Virus record (IMG/VR): IMGVR_UViG_3300014293_000001
Span: 3,732 to 67,731 of that record
From: a virus
Direction: 5' to 3' (one strand)
DNA length: 64,000 bases
Shown here: piece by piece, positions 44,898 through 53,754 of the stretch
Layout of the letters: each line of letters opens with the position of its first letter
Position numbering within the stretch: position 1 is the first letter of the stretch
The notes under the pieces: generated by a model
What the model was told of the DNA's origin: nothing
Database searches by the model: none
Seen by the model: the letters and a program-made list of their open reading frames with translations, nothing else
Position numbers and translations under genes: made by a program

Positions 44898-45282
44898 TGC
44901 TCAACAAGAATTATACGCTCGTGTAAAAGCTGAGACTGGTAATACAGCATTAGCAAAAGCAGAAGCAGGATATTCACCAAATTATCCTACTAAATTATTA
45001 GAGCATACTGAAACAATGGAAATTGCCTTAGAAAAACAAAAACAAATAGTACAAGATAAATTTATAAAACGTGCAGAAGAAATGGCAGACCAAATGTATC
45101 ATTTAGCACTTAATGCTCGTTCAGACCAAGTTAAATTCCAAGCTACTAAAGACTTATTAGATAGAGCTGGTTTTGCACCTGAACAAAAAACCATTAATGA
45201 AACACGATTTACAACTATTGAATCTCGTGTTACACAAGATATGCTCGCACGATTTAATCGTATTAAAGAGATTGACAACTAA
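44815..45282 (+). CDS. small-terminase-like HTH protein (tentative)
   Basis: GGGGGT SD before ATG 44815; 'TGNTALAKAEAGYSPNYP' resembles the terS N-terminal HTH. Confidence 0.4.
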   Translation: MDIKQRKSIEERVKKPRPSEYKKKPKPSAQQELYARVKAETGNTALAKAEAGYSPNYPTKLLEHTETMEIALEKQKQIVQDKFIKRAEEMADQMYHLALNARSDQVKFQATKDLLDRAGFAPEQKTINETRFTTIESRVTQDMLARFNRIKEIDN

Positions 45283-45292
45283 AAATGGACAT

Positions 45293-45326
45293 AAAAAAAG
45301 CCCCAATTAAGGGGCTTATTTTTTTA
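45293..45326. terminator. bidirectional rho-independent terminator at the convergence of the + and - blocks
   Basis: A-run, AAGCCCC (45298-304), AATTAA, GGGGCTT (45311-17), T-run. Confidence 0.8.
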
Positions 45327-45635
45327 TTTATTTAATAATTTATCAATAGCGTCATCACCAAGCAATTCCATTAATTGCTCTTTCATTAAATCATACATAG
45401 CAATTTCTGTCATGCCTTTAACAATATCCATAGCTTCAGTGGCTTCCATGTGTGAGTCAGCACATCGACGTATAATTTCTTTGTGTATTTCAATACCAAG
45501 AAGTGCAAGTTCATATACTGTAGTGTCTTTCGTAATAGAAGCACGTACACCATGATTATCATATTGGAATGTAGCACGTGCATGAGTGTCTTTCACGTTA
45601 ATGTCTTCTAATTTTGCTTTTAAATTTGTTTGCAT
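45324..45635 (-). CDS. hypothetical protein
   Basis: GGAGG 9 nt before ATG 45635 (the track's TTG 45650 is rejected). Confidence 0.55.
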   Translation of the reverse strand: MQTNLKAKLEDINVKDTHARATFQYDNHGVRASITKDTTVYELALLGIEIHKEIIRRCADSHMEATEAMDIVKGMTEIAMYDLMKEQLMELLGDDAIDKLLNK

Positions 45636-45706
45636 ATTATTTACCTCCAACTAAACATAATATTATAAATTACTGATACCTGTTATTTAATAATCACCAC
45701 CTTTCA

Positions 45707-46084
45707 TTAAATGCTATTAGTTTCATCGTATATAATTGGGTCTTTACCATAAGTATTATCCCAATCAACAAACTTACTATTAACGGGGTAAAAATACCCA
45801 TAAGGAGACCATACACTACTAAAACACAACTGTTGAATAGTTTCTGCGTCGTAAATACAATTTACTAAATCATCTTCTACTTCACTTTCTCGTGATTCGC
45901 TAAGTGTTCTATATAAATTGTCAAGAAGATTTTTCAAAGCAAACACCAGTGTCCACGGTACTTCCACATTAAATGTTTCTTCCAATTCTGATAAAATATA
46001 TTCTACGCTATAATATAATGTTTTATCATTGAATTGAACACCATTGATATAACCTTTAAAATCATGAACAATCTTTTCTTTCAT
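45707..46084 (-). CDS. hypothetical acidic protein
   Basis: AAAGGAG SD before ATG 46084. The track's N-terminal extension 'MMMNMNMM..' overlaps the upstream gene and is rejected. Confidence 0.5.
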   Translation of the reverse strand: MKEKIVHDFKGYINGVQFNDKTLYYSVEYILSELEETFNVEVPWTLVFALKNLLDNLYRTLSESRESEVEDDLVNCIYDAETIQQLCFSSVWSPYGYFYPVNSKFVDWDNTYGKDPIIYDETNSI

Positions 46085-46385
46085 TATATCTCCTTTTACA
46101 TTTACTACTACAAAACCTCCCATATTTACGTTCTTGAATTGGTGGTAATCTACCACCACACACACAGCAATGAGTAGCTTTAGAACCACGTTTACCATTA
46201 ACACCATCATATTCATGTTCATCATCATATTGTTGCCATTTCATGTCAAACTTTTGTTGCCATGTTAATGTATCTTCAGGCGGTTTAAAACTTTTTCGTG
46301 TTGCTGGATTTTTACAAGCATCACATAATACATCGTTGCCGTGCACTTCAAATAATGTGCTACAACTATGACATTTTCTCTGCAT
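46062..46385 (-). CDS. double zinc-ribbon protein
   Basis: AGGAGG SD; 'CHSC...CDAC' and 'CCVCGG...CSSKC'. Confidence 0.55.
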   Translation of the reverse strand: MQRKCHSCSTLFEVHGNDVLCDACKNPATRKSFKPPEDTLTWQQKFDMKWQQYDDEHEYDGVNGKRGSKATHCCVCGGRLPPIQERKYGRFCSSKCKRRYNERKDCS

Positions 46386-46395
46386 ATAACCTCCT

Positions 46396-46575
46396 TTATA
46401 TTAATTCAGCATAATACGTTGTATTAGATACTGAACGATTGCTATACATATTCATATAAAACGCATATGTATCATCACGCCACTTTTGTACTCTATATTG
46501 CACTCTTGTAGTCAATATCTCAGACGTAACAAAGCACCCACACAATGAGCGAAATCTATCTTCTGGTCTAATCAT
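46396..46575 (-). CDS. small early paralog family, member 1/13 (59 aa, below the track cutoff)
   Basis: GGAGGAAGC SD; 'MIRPEDRF...'. Confidence 0.45.
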   Translation of the reverse strand: MIRPEDRFRSLCGCFVTSEILTTRVQYRVQKWRDDTYAFYMNMYSNRSVSNTTYYAELI

Positions 46576-46584
46576 GCTTCCTCC

Positions 46585-46776
46585 TTATACAAAAAACTTA
46601 ACTTCATAAATCATATTACGTGACATACTCTTACCGTAACGCCCTATGTAGCAATATTTTAATGGTTCTACATCTATACTCAAATAATGGTCATGCAATA
46701 CATTAAATAATAAGTCTTGTTCATACGCATCATATTGGATAGAAGTTGCTTTTAATATATCGCTTTTCCTTATCAT
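46585..46776 (-). CDS. small early paralog family, member 2/13
   Basis: GAGGTG SD before ATG 46776; 'MIRKSDIL...'. Confidence 0.5.
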   Translation of the reverse strand: MIRKSDILKATSIQYDAYEQDLLFNVLHDHYLSIDVEPLKYCYIGRYGKSMSRNMIYEVKFFV

Positions 46777-46786
46777 ATTCACCTCA

Positions 46787-46996
46787 TTAGTATCTTTGTA
46801 ATTTAGCTGCACATATAGATTTATATATTATTGCATTGTAAGAATCTCGTGTATCATATCGCATAATATATAAACCATCTATTGTTAAAACAGTTTGACC
46901 AAATTTGTTTGGAGGACAACAATAACCGTATGTATATGTCGTAGACGCATAATTTTTAACAAGATATACTCTTAACATATTTTTTGTATCAATCAT
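46787..46996 (-). CDS. small early paralog family, member 3/13
   Basis: AGAGGTG SD; 'MIDTKNML...'. Confidence 0.5.
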   Translation of the reverse strand: MIDTKNMLRVYLVKNYASTTYTYGYCCPPNKFGQTVLTIDGLYIMRYDTRDSYNAIIYKSICAAKLQRY

Positions 46997-47199
46997 TCTA
47001 CACCTCTTGTTAATACCACTTTAAATGGTCTTATTCTATCTACATAATAACGTTCACCATATAAATAGTAGAATAATTGTGAAATCGCACATTCGTCTTC
47101 AAGACGTTCATAATTTTCCATATATCTAGTAGTTTTAACTATAGTCGGTCGTTTAATAACATCTGTAAATTGATATAAATATTTTGTATTTAACATCAT
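46993..47199 (-). CDS. small early paralog family, member 4/13
   Basis: AGAGGA SD; ATGA coupling. Confidence 0.5.
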   Translation of the reverse strand: MMLNTKYLYQFTDVIKRPTIVKTTRYMENYERLEDECAISQLFYYLYGERYYVDRIRPFKVVLTRGVE

Positions 47200-47399
47200 T
47201 ATCCTCTTTTCTTCACGTATTTTATTTCAATAACTTTACGATATGCATTATTTTTATTACTATAATTATTTCTATAAGCTAATTTTAATGGGCATAATAC
47301 ATCAGCAACACGTGTCGGATGAAATATAAAGCTAACGTTACCTATACAATTAGAGTAATGTTTAGTTGTTAAAATTACACCATCTGCCGCTCTTATCAT
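47199..47399 (-). CDS. small early paralog family, member 5/13
   Basis: GGTGAAG SD; '..AYRNNYSNKNNAYRKVIEIKY'. Confidence 0.5.
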   Translation of the reverse strand: MIRAADGVILTTKHYSNCIGNVSFIFHPTRVADVLCPLKLAYRNNYSNKNNAYRKVIEIKYVKKRG

Positions 47400-47578
47400 T
47401 TTAACTTCACCACTCTAAACATATTATGACATTGATATAAGTATATAAAATTATCCAACATTACAAATGGTACTGCGTATGTTGATAAATTATTATTATT
47501 TATGAATTGAGATACACGTATTCTCTGTTTAGGATGTACTATATTGACTTGATACAGTCTATCATTTTTGTTTATCAT
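47396..47578 (-). CDS. small early paralog family, member 6/13
   Basis: 'MINKNDRLYQV..'; ATGA coupling. Confidence 0.5.
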   Translation of the reverse strand: MINKNDRLYQVNIVHPKQRIRVSQFINNNNLSTYAVPFVMLDNFIYLYQCHNMFRVVKLK

Positions 47579-47580
47579 AA

Positions 47581-47766
47581 TTAATCACATAACCCCTCAT
47601 ATTTTATTTCAATCATCTGCTGGTAATTATACATATATTTATAAATATATAATAATAGAATATTACCATCATATATATATCCAATACGTTCTTTACACGA
47701 TAGTTTATCTACTACATTCGGATAATCTGTATATGTACATATTACTTTGGCTTTGTTATGTATCAT
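47581..47766 (-). CDS. small early paralog family, member 7/13
   Basis: GGAG SD; 61 aa. Confidence 0.45.
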   Translation of the reverse strand: MIHNKAKVICTYTDYPNVVDKLSCKERIGYIYDGNILLLYIYKYMYNYQQMIEIKYEGLCD

Positions 47767-47953
47767 AATCTAGCTCCATTATTGCAAAAATATAATTATT
47801 ATCGTATCTCATTTGTAATATGTCTATTAATCGCCATTTGACATTATGACATACGAATATACATTCAGATGTATCTACTTTATGACGAATGAATGGCAAA
47901 GTTACATCATTGGATGTTTCTTTTATCAAAAAAGTGTCATTCTTCTTCATCAT
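47756..47953 (-). CDS. small early paralog family, member 8/13
   Basis: AGGTGAAG SD; 'MMKKNDTF...MRYDNNYIFAIMELDY'. Confidence 0.5.
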   Translation of the reverse strand: MMKKNDTFLIKETSNDVTLPFIRHKVDTSECIFVCHNVKWRLIDILQMRYDNNYIFAIMELDYDT

Positions 47954-48137
47954 ACTTCACCTGTACTAATTCATAATTATATCCAGCGGAATATTGATTA
48001 CGAAATATATTGTATACTCCACGAATCTGTTCGTGTATAAATAATAATGGATAGTTGTGTGTATCACCTCGTAGTTCGTAAGCCACTGCATTGGCTCTTA
48101 TTTCAATTAATCGAACACCATCATTTTTATTCAACAT
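47937..48137 (-). CDS. small early paralog family, member 9/13
   Basis: AGGAG SD; 'MLNKNDGV...FRNQYSAGYNYELVQVKY'. Confidence 0.55.
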   Translation of the reverse strand: MLNKNDGVRLIEIRANAVAYELRGDTHNYPLLFIHEQIRGVYNIFRNQYSAGYNYELVQVKYDEEE

Positions 48138-48321
48138 TTTTTACTCCTGCTATGGTATATTCATATCCATTTTTATAATTTCTAATATAAACATCACGTA
48201 TACTATTTAAATCGTCATATGTAAAATACCAACTGTAAGGTTGCACTGAACTGCATAATTTACCAATAGTTTTCGCTGCTCTCATTTCTATTAATGAGAT
48301 TTGATGATATATATTTAACAT
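48127..48321 (-). CDS. small early paralog family, member 10/13
   Basis: AAGGTGAAG SD; '..IRNYKNGYEYTIAGVK'. Confidence 0.55.
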   Translation of the reverse strand: MLNIYHQISLIEMRAAKTIGKLCSSVQPYSWYFTYDDLNSIRDVYIRNYKNGYEYTIAGVKNVE

Positions 48322-48506
48322 AACTTCACCTTAAATGCATTTAACATACCCTGATAATCATTTCTAGCATATTTGTTGCGGAACATTTTTTCGACAAGTA
48401 CTGTACTGATGTAAAAATCAGCACGATAATATCTACTTGCTCCACCACAAAATTGTGGTACATATTCTATTGCTGTCATTCTAATTTTTTGATTTTTATT
48501 TATCAT
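48315..48506 (-). CDS. small early paralog family, member 11/13
   Basis: GAGGTG 6 nt before ATG 48506; 'MINKNQKI...FRNKYARNDYQGML'. Confidence 0.55.
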   Translation of the reverse strand: MINKNQKIRMTAIEYVPQFCGGASRYYRADFYISTVLVEKMFRNKYARNDYQGMLNAFKVKLC

Positions 48507-48516
48507 TCGTATCACC

Positions 48517-48708
48517 TCAATCTTCTAATTTCAAATAAAACACACCGTTATCATCTTTATCGTAACACGCAATTAGTTCATTACACAGATAACAATCAGG
48601 TGAGCTATCTGTTTGTTGATAATCCGTTGTAATAGGACCAAATAATTTGTTAATTATATTATAATTAACTGTATAATAGCTAGTAACTGATGCATAACGA
48701 TTTAGCAT
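48517..48708 (-). CDS. small early paralog family, member 12/13
   Basis: AGAGGTG SD; 63 aa. Confidence 0.45.
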   Translation of the reverse strand: MLNRYASVTSYYTVNYNIINKLFGPITTDYQQTDSSPDCYLCNELIACYDKDDNGVFYLKLED

Positions 48709-48887
48709 ATAAACACCTCTTCACTTATTTGATATACAAAAGCAGCACCGTGCTTGTAGTTTCTTGTAAACAGTGCTAATAATGTCATTGAAGATAATTC
48801 TGTTACAGGATTAGGAAAATCTTGTGTCCATCTGAAATGATTTTTGTATGTTGTTATTTTTACTTTAAATGTTTTTTGTTCTATCAT
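48702..48887 (-). CDS. small early paralog family, member 13/13
   Basis: GAGGTGAAA SD; '..TRNYKHGAAFVYQISEE'. Confidence 0.5.
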   Translation of the reverse strand: MIEQKTFKVKITTYKNHFRWTQDFPNPVTELSSMTLLALFTRNYKHGAAFVYQISEEVFIC

Positions 48888-48914
48888 AATTTCACCTCAT
48901 CACTCTTTTTTATA

Positions 48915-48932
48915 GGGGAGCCGAAGCTCCCC
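48915..48932 (-). other. stable 7-bp hairpin with a UUCG tetraloop (on the - strand RNA), no U-tract
   Basis: GGGGAGC CGAA GCTCCCC on the + strand. It lies between the 48939 gene stop and the SD of paralog 13. Confidence 0.6.
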
Positions 48933-48938
48933 ACTGGA

Positions 48939-49496
48939 CTATTGGGAAACTTCAGCAGTATTTACTTCTTCATTCACTTCATTTTCTACAGGTGTTTCTG
49001 TAGCTGTTTCAGAAGGTGTTTCAGGAGTTGGTTCTGTTGGTGCTTGAACCATTACAACTGGAGTTGGGTTGGACATTTTGTAGTGTTCGTAGAATTCGGT
49101 ACCCATTTCACGGTCAATTCGTTTTAATTCTTGAATTAACAAATAAGATGTTTCAGCACCACGTTCGATGTATTTCTTAGTGCGTGCTTTAATAGCCATT
49201 AACACGATTTGTTGTAAATCACGTACTTTAACAGTACCAGCTTTAGATACGAATACGAATTTCTTAGCCGTTTCTTCGTTTAAAGAGATAACAGGGATTT
49301 TAATAGTATCTACTGCATCTTTACCAGTGTTAGTAGCGGCAAATTCAGAAATTGCACGAGCAACACCAGATGGAGTAGCAGAATATACTTTAGTTTGTTT
49401 TAAAGAATTGGCAATAAAACGTAATTGTTCTTTATCAGATAAAGCAGAAACGTAGTTAGTAATAATCAAGTTCATTTGTGCAACAGTTGTAGCCAT
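48939..49496 (-). CDS. hypothetical protein with an acidic Pro/Thr/Glu-rich C-terminal tail
   Basis: AGAGGT SD; tail 'PTEPTPETPSETATETPVENEVNEEVN'. Confidence 0.55.
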   Translation of the reverse strand: MATTVAQMNLIITNYVSALSDKEQLRFIANSLKQTKVYSATPSGVARAISEFAATNTGKDAVDTIKIPVISLNEETAKKFVFVSKAGTVKVRDLQQIVLMAIKARTKKYIERGAETSYLLIQELKRIDREMGTEFYEHYKMSNPTPVVMVQAPTEPTPETPSETATETPVENEVNEEVNTAEVSQ

Positions 49497-49500
49497 AATT

Positions 49501-50688
49501 TTATACCTCTTTCATAGTATGATTAATAATTGTTTTCTTAATATTTTGAGTTCGCAATCTGTATTCATCAATGCTATCTTTAGCATAGAGATATACAATA
49601 TTGCAAGGTTCTGTCTGACCAATACGATGTATACGGTCTTCAGCTTGACCCATTAGAGAGGGCGACCACGGATATTCAATAAATATAGCCGTGTGTGCTT
49701 TGGTTAGGGTAATACCAACAGCACTTGCCTGTAAACTACAGATAATCAAATTTGTGTGATTAGCATTCGAGCCAGAGTGCATCTGGAAATTGTCAATATT
49801 TTGTTGTCTATTTCGTTTAGATTGACCACCGATGATGTATTTTGCATCAGGAAATTCCTTTCTTAATTTTTCTACAATATTTCGATGGTGTGCAAATACC
49901 ACAAGGGACTCACCTCTTTCTAATACTTTACGAATGTATTCTATACAATAAGGAAGTTTTTGTTTTAACACTTCTTTATCGTATTTTTCAATCTCCTCAA
50001 ACGAAGTTGGTTCTGGTTGAGATATAGTGCAACAAGGAACCATGTGGACAGTTTTTGGAGGAAGATTTTTTTGTACATTTTTAAGACGTCTTATCCATAC
50101 TTTTTTCATCGCTTCATTGAGCTTTGATAAATTTGAATGACCGTCGTTTGATGTACCCCATGGTGATTGATAAGCTCCACAGAAATCTCTTAGGAATTTA
50201 TCTTTACCACCAAATTTATATGTAAGTCCTGCAATCTCTAATTGACATAACAACTCTTTAGGTCTGTTTAATACTGGTGTACCTGTAATCATAATACGAT
50301 AACGAACACCTTCAACCAATTTCATCGCTGCTTTAGTACACTGAGATGTGGGAGTTTTTAAAATATGACATTCATCGAATATAACTTGTTGTATATTAAG
50401 GCGTTTAAGTGAAACTAAATATCTGGTTAAACGCTCATAATTTGTAATGATAACTTTGGAACTCATATCATCAACATTTACATCAATTCCAGCCCATGTT
50501 TTCAACTCTCTTTTCCAGTTTTCTTTTAGAGGAGCAGGACAAACAACTAAAGTAGGGAACTTATTTCGTTCCTTAATTAAAGTGCATACTTGAACAGTTT
50601 TACCTAAACCCATATCATCACAAAGGAAAATAGATGATTGGTTAAGCATTTTATTAACGCCTTGTCTTTGATATGGGTATAGTTTCAT
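49501..50688 (-). CDS. SNF2-family helicase/translocase
   Basis: 'LCDDMGLGKT' (motif I), 'DECH' (II), 'QAEDRIHRIGQ' (VI). Confidence 0.8.
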   Translation of the reverse strand: MKLYPYQRQGVNKMLNQSSIFLCDDMGLGKTVQVCTLIKERNKFPTLVVCPAPLKENWKRELKTWAGIDVNVDDMSSKVIITNYERLTRYLVSLKRLNIQQVIFDECHILKTPTSQCTKAAMKLVEGVRYRIMITGTPVLNRPKELLCQLEIAGLTYKFGGKDKFLRDFCGAYQSPWGTSNDGHSNLSKLNEAMKKVWIRRLKNVQKNLPPKTVHMVPCCTISQPEPTSFEEIEKYDKEVLKQKLPYCIEYIRKVLERGESLVVFAHHRNIVEKLRKEFPDAKYIIGGQSKRNRQQNIDNFQMHSGSNANHTNLIICSLQASAVGITLTKAHTAIFIEYPWSPSLMGQAEDRIHRIGQTEPCNIVYLYAKDSIDEYRLRTQNIKKTIINHTMKEV

Positions 50689-51812
50689 TATGCCTCCAGT
50701 CTTACAGTACCAGTTTTGTCATCGTAGACACCTTTCACTGTACCGATAACACTATAAAAAATATCGTTTAATGAACCACTAACATGTGGAAAATTTGTGA
50801 CAAAGAATACGCAAGACTTATCTTTAGTATTCTCAGTTAAGTCCCATACAGCACCTTTTTCATCTTCAATAAATTCCATCATAGCATTCATTTTTTCTTG
50901 ATTCATTGGCGTTTTACCACCATTTGCAATACATTTAACCATTGTGTATGTGGTTTTTACCTTTTCTTCTGCTTTAGGTACTTTATACCCAGATAAATAA
51001 GAGGAGTATTTTAATCCATATCTATTAAAGAATGGTGTTTGTACCCAACCATCTAGCACAACATAATGTTTACCACCGTCGATATAATGTTCAATGATTG
51101 TATTACCGTAACCTTCTACTAATTTAGTAAAGTTTGCTAACCAATCTGGTTCTCCAACTGGCGGTGTAATTTCATATTCATAGTAGCTAGTATAAGATGT
51201 ATAACCACATCCACCATAATAGTAACTACTTTTGCGTTCTTCATAACTTGTATTAGAATATTGAATACCTGTTTCAGTAGAAGTATTCCAAGAACCAAGG
51301 ATAATCGCACTTTTTTTACCAAGGATAGCGTACTTGTTTGTACCCATCGCCTTTTTGATAAGATATTGAGTGCTTTCTTTATACAGTTTATCTTTAAGAG
51401 GGAATAACACTTGTGCACCAAAGTACATTGTATCACTATAAGGTGATAACATGCCTTCTTTTGGTGTAAAGTCACTCATTACACCATTATGAGAAAAACC
51501 AATATCTGTAAATACATCAGTTTCACGCATTGTTTCCAAATTGTCGCTAAGTGCAAACGGATGGCAACATTCTGGCGAAATTTTACCAGACGTTGCAATT
51601 CTAAAGTGGAATACACGGTCCCTGTCAGTAGGAAGGTCTTTCACTGCATTCCAAAAATCATCAAAATTCATAAACCCTTTACGAATATGAACTTTCTTTT
51701 TGTTATCATCGTAAATCATGAAACCAGCACCATCAGGATTATTTACGAAGCAGTTTCTAAATTCTTTCTCTGATAACTCTGTATACTTAGATGCATAAGC
51801 AATAACGCACAT
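50688..51812 (-). CDS. class-II (Ntn) glutamine-amidotransferase-like / thiol-peptidase-like protein with a ~190-aa C-terminal extension
   Basis: AAAGGAGG SD; N-terminal 'MCVIAY' nucleophile Cys; 'NPDGAGF'. Confidence 0.6.
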   Translation of the reverse strand: MCVIAYASKYTELSEKEFRNCFVNNPDGAGFMIYDDNKKKVHIRKGFMNFDDFWNAVKDLPTDRDRVFHFRIATSGKISPECCHPFALSDNLETMRETDVFTDIGFSHNGVMSDFTPKEGMLSPYSDTMYFGAQVLFPLKDKLYKESTQYLIKKAMGTNKYAILGKKSAIILGSWNTSTETGIQYSNTSYEERKSSYYYGGCGYTSYTSYYEYEITPPVGEPDWLANFTKLVEGYGNTIIEHYIDGGKHYVVLDGWVQTPFFNRYGLKYSSYLSGYKVPKAEEKVKTTYTMVKCIANGGKTPMNQEKMNAMMEFIEDEKGAVWDLTENTKDKSCVFFVTNFPHVSGSLNDIFYSVIGTVKGVYDDKTGTVRLEA

Positions 51813-53539
51813 TATTTTGCCTCCTTTAATAATCCTGTCTTCTGTAAGACATTACGTAACTCAATGTATTTTTTATTTTTCGCTATACGAGCGATGTTAC
51901 TCCAACCAATATAGCGTATAGAATTCATATTCGCTAAGTCGGTAATTACATCGACAAACTGAATATAAGCATGAATTCGCTCTACATCTTGTGTGGAGCG
52001 GAACATGCGGAACTCTACAGTCTGACTAGGACAAAGATTAATTGCACGATATTTTTCGTTTTCATCTTTTGCCACAGTATAAATTTGAGATAACTCCTTG
52101 ACTGTCATTCCATACTTTTGGCACCAATTACTATCTTCATCAGTTCTGCAAGCAAAAAGCATTAATGTATCAAAATTATTTTCAACAAATCGAATAATTT
52201 TGGCAATTTCATTATTGCCTTTGAAGAAATTACGATTTACATGAATATGTAAACCTGAGTTTGCACTAGACTCACCATGCAAATCTTGCACACGTTTAAA
52301 GAATTTATCATAGTCGATATTACTTAAATGGAATTGAGGTGTACATGGGTGAGTAACGAACTCCATTCCGTCGCGTAATGAGCCGTCATGTTTAGCATAG
52401 ACAATTTTGTTTAAATCACCAATAATCAAATCAGCTCTTTCATTACTTTCGCCACAACGGTGGAATTCCATTTCAATACCAAGGAATTTCTTGCCTTCAC
52501 CATTAAACACTGGCTCTGGTTTAAAATTGTAAGAATGTAAGCCAGTCAATGGAGCTGCACTTTGGGACGAATAATATTTATTGTTTGAATGTCGATAAAA
52601 TTCATTACGTCGTGCCTTACTAAACTTCTTGCCCAAATCTTCTACAAAAATAAAGTCTTCTTCAGTTGCACCATATGTTCCATTATGACATACAAGTCTG
52701 TCTTTTACGCTAGGGTGGAAATAAACTTTACCAGTGCCAGAAATATAACCTTCTATCATTTCTGTTTTCAATCCTGTTTGATGAGATAGAGGACATGTAA
52801 CAATGAATTGGTCTACTAATACTGGGTGTATACCCGATTGTTTAACAATGTCACGTTCATCTGCAATATAGAACGGCACGCCAGTAACTTTACAAATGGC
52901 AAAATCAGGATAATCCACAAGTTTATCTAACTCATCAAAACCAATGTATAGATTTTCATAATCTTTACCTAAAATCAAGTGGAAGTTTTGAGGGTTGTAC
53001 CAATTACCACTTACAAACGATTTCTTAATGAACTCTGGTTTGTCATCTTTATTCATTCGCATGATACCCAGTTTTGTTCTAACTATAATAACATCATTAC
53101 CCAATGGTTTACCTGTTATAGCACAATGCGTATTAATATTACCAATTACTTCTGTATCATCGTCTACTACCAAGATTTTACTGTCGATAGCAGCACAGTA
53201 GTAATATACCACATCGCCACGTGTCATAACAGTTAAGATATTGTTATATCTATCTTTAAGGACTTGACCAACATGATATTTACATTTTCTATGTGTGTCT
53301 GTAGTACAACCATAATTAATAACAGTTCTACCTGTTACTTTTTCCACTACTAATTCACTATCAGTAGGTGTAATCTGTAATTCAGAAGGTAAAAGAACAG
53401 TACATTCATCAGCTAGAAAGAAATCACGTGAATCATTACTAGCACATAAATATCCGTATGCTCCTTCATGGTTATAACCATCGCCAATTACACGATAAAC
53501 ACTACGTCCGTGTTTAATTTTAATGCCTAATGTAATCAT
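51812..53539 (-). CDS. amidoligase-family (Amidoligase_2-like) protein with a ~330-aa unknown N-terminal region
   Basis: 'FLGIEMEFHR...AKHDGSLRDGMEFVTHP...SGLHIHVNR'. Start ATG 53539 (TAATG overlap) is preferred over the track's 53548. Confidence 0.55.
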   Translation of the reverse strand: MITLGIKIKHGRSVYRVIGDGYNHEGAYGYLCASNDSRDFFLADECTVLLPSELQITPTDSELVVEKVTGRTVINYGCTTDTHRKCKYHVGQVLKDRYNNILTVMTRGDVVYYYCAAIDSKILVVDDDTEVIGNINTHCAITGKPLGNDVIIVRTKLGIMRMNKDDKPEFIKKSFVSGNWYNPQNFHLILGKDYENLYIGFDELDKLVDYPDFAICKVTGVPFYIADERDIVKQSGIHPVLVDQFIVTCPLSHQTGLKTEMIEGYISGTGKVYFHPSVKDRLVCHNGTYGATEEDFIFVEDLGKKFSKARRNEFYRHSNNKYYSSQSAAPLTGLHSYNFKPEPVFNGEGKKFLGIEMEFHRCGESNERADLIIGDLNKIVYAKHDGSLRDGMEFVTHPCTPQFHLSNIDYDKFFKRVQDLHGESSANSGLHIHVNRNFFKGNNEIAKIIRFVENNFDTLMLFACRTDEDSNWCQKYGMTVKELSQIYTVAKDENEKYRAINLCPSQTVEFRMFRSTQDVERIHAYIQFVDVITDLANMNSIRYIGWSNIARIAKNKKYIELRNVLQKTGLLKEAK

Positions 53540-53754
53540 TATAACCATTCCCCCTCAATAATTCTATCAATATCAATAATATTAGATGGTTTTCTGCGGA
53601 ACTCTTTTTCCGTATAGAATGGGTTGGAATAAACTTCGATAGTACCATCAACACCATCTGCTGTTCTACCAACTTGTGTCAAACAATCTGATAGTGTACG
53701 TGTTTTCATAGCGTAAGCTATAGGATAAAATCTTTTAACCATTTTTTTAGGCAT
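53539..53754 (-). CDS. hypothetical 71-aa protein
   Basis: AAAGGTGG SD before ATG 53754. Confidence 0.5.
   Translation of the reverse strand: MPKKMVKRFYPIAYAMKTRTLSDCLTQVGRTADGVDGTIEVYSNPFYTEKEFRRKPSNIIDIDRIIEGEWL

Noticed and set aside
45707-46228. Long form of the ORF with N-terminus 'MMMNMNMMVLMVNVVL..'
   Set aside because: The extension overlaps the SD-supported zinc-ribbon gene 46062-46385. An internal ATG at 46084 has a strong AAAGGAG SD.
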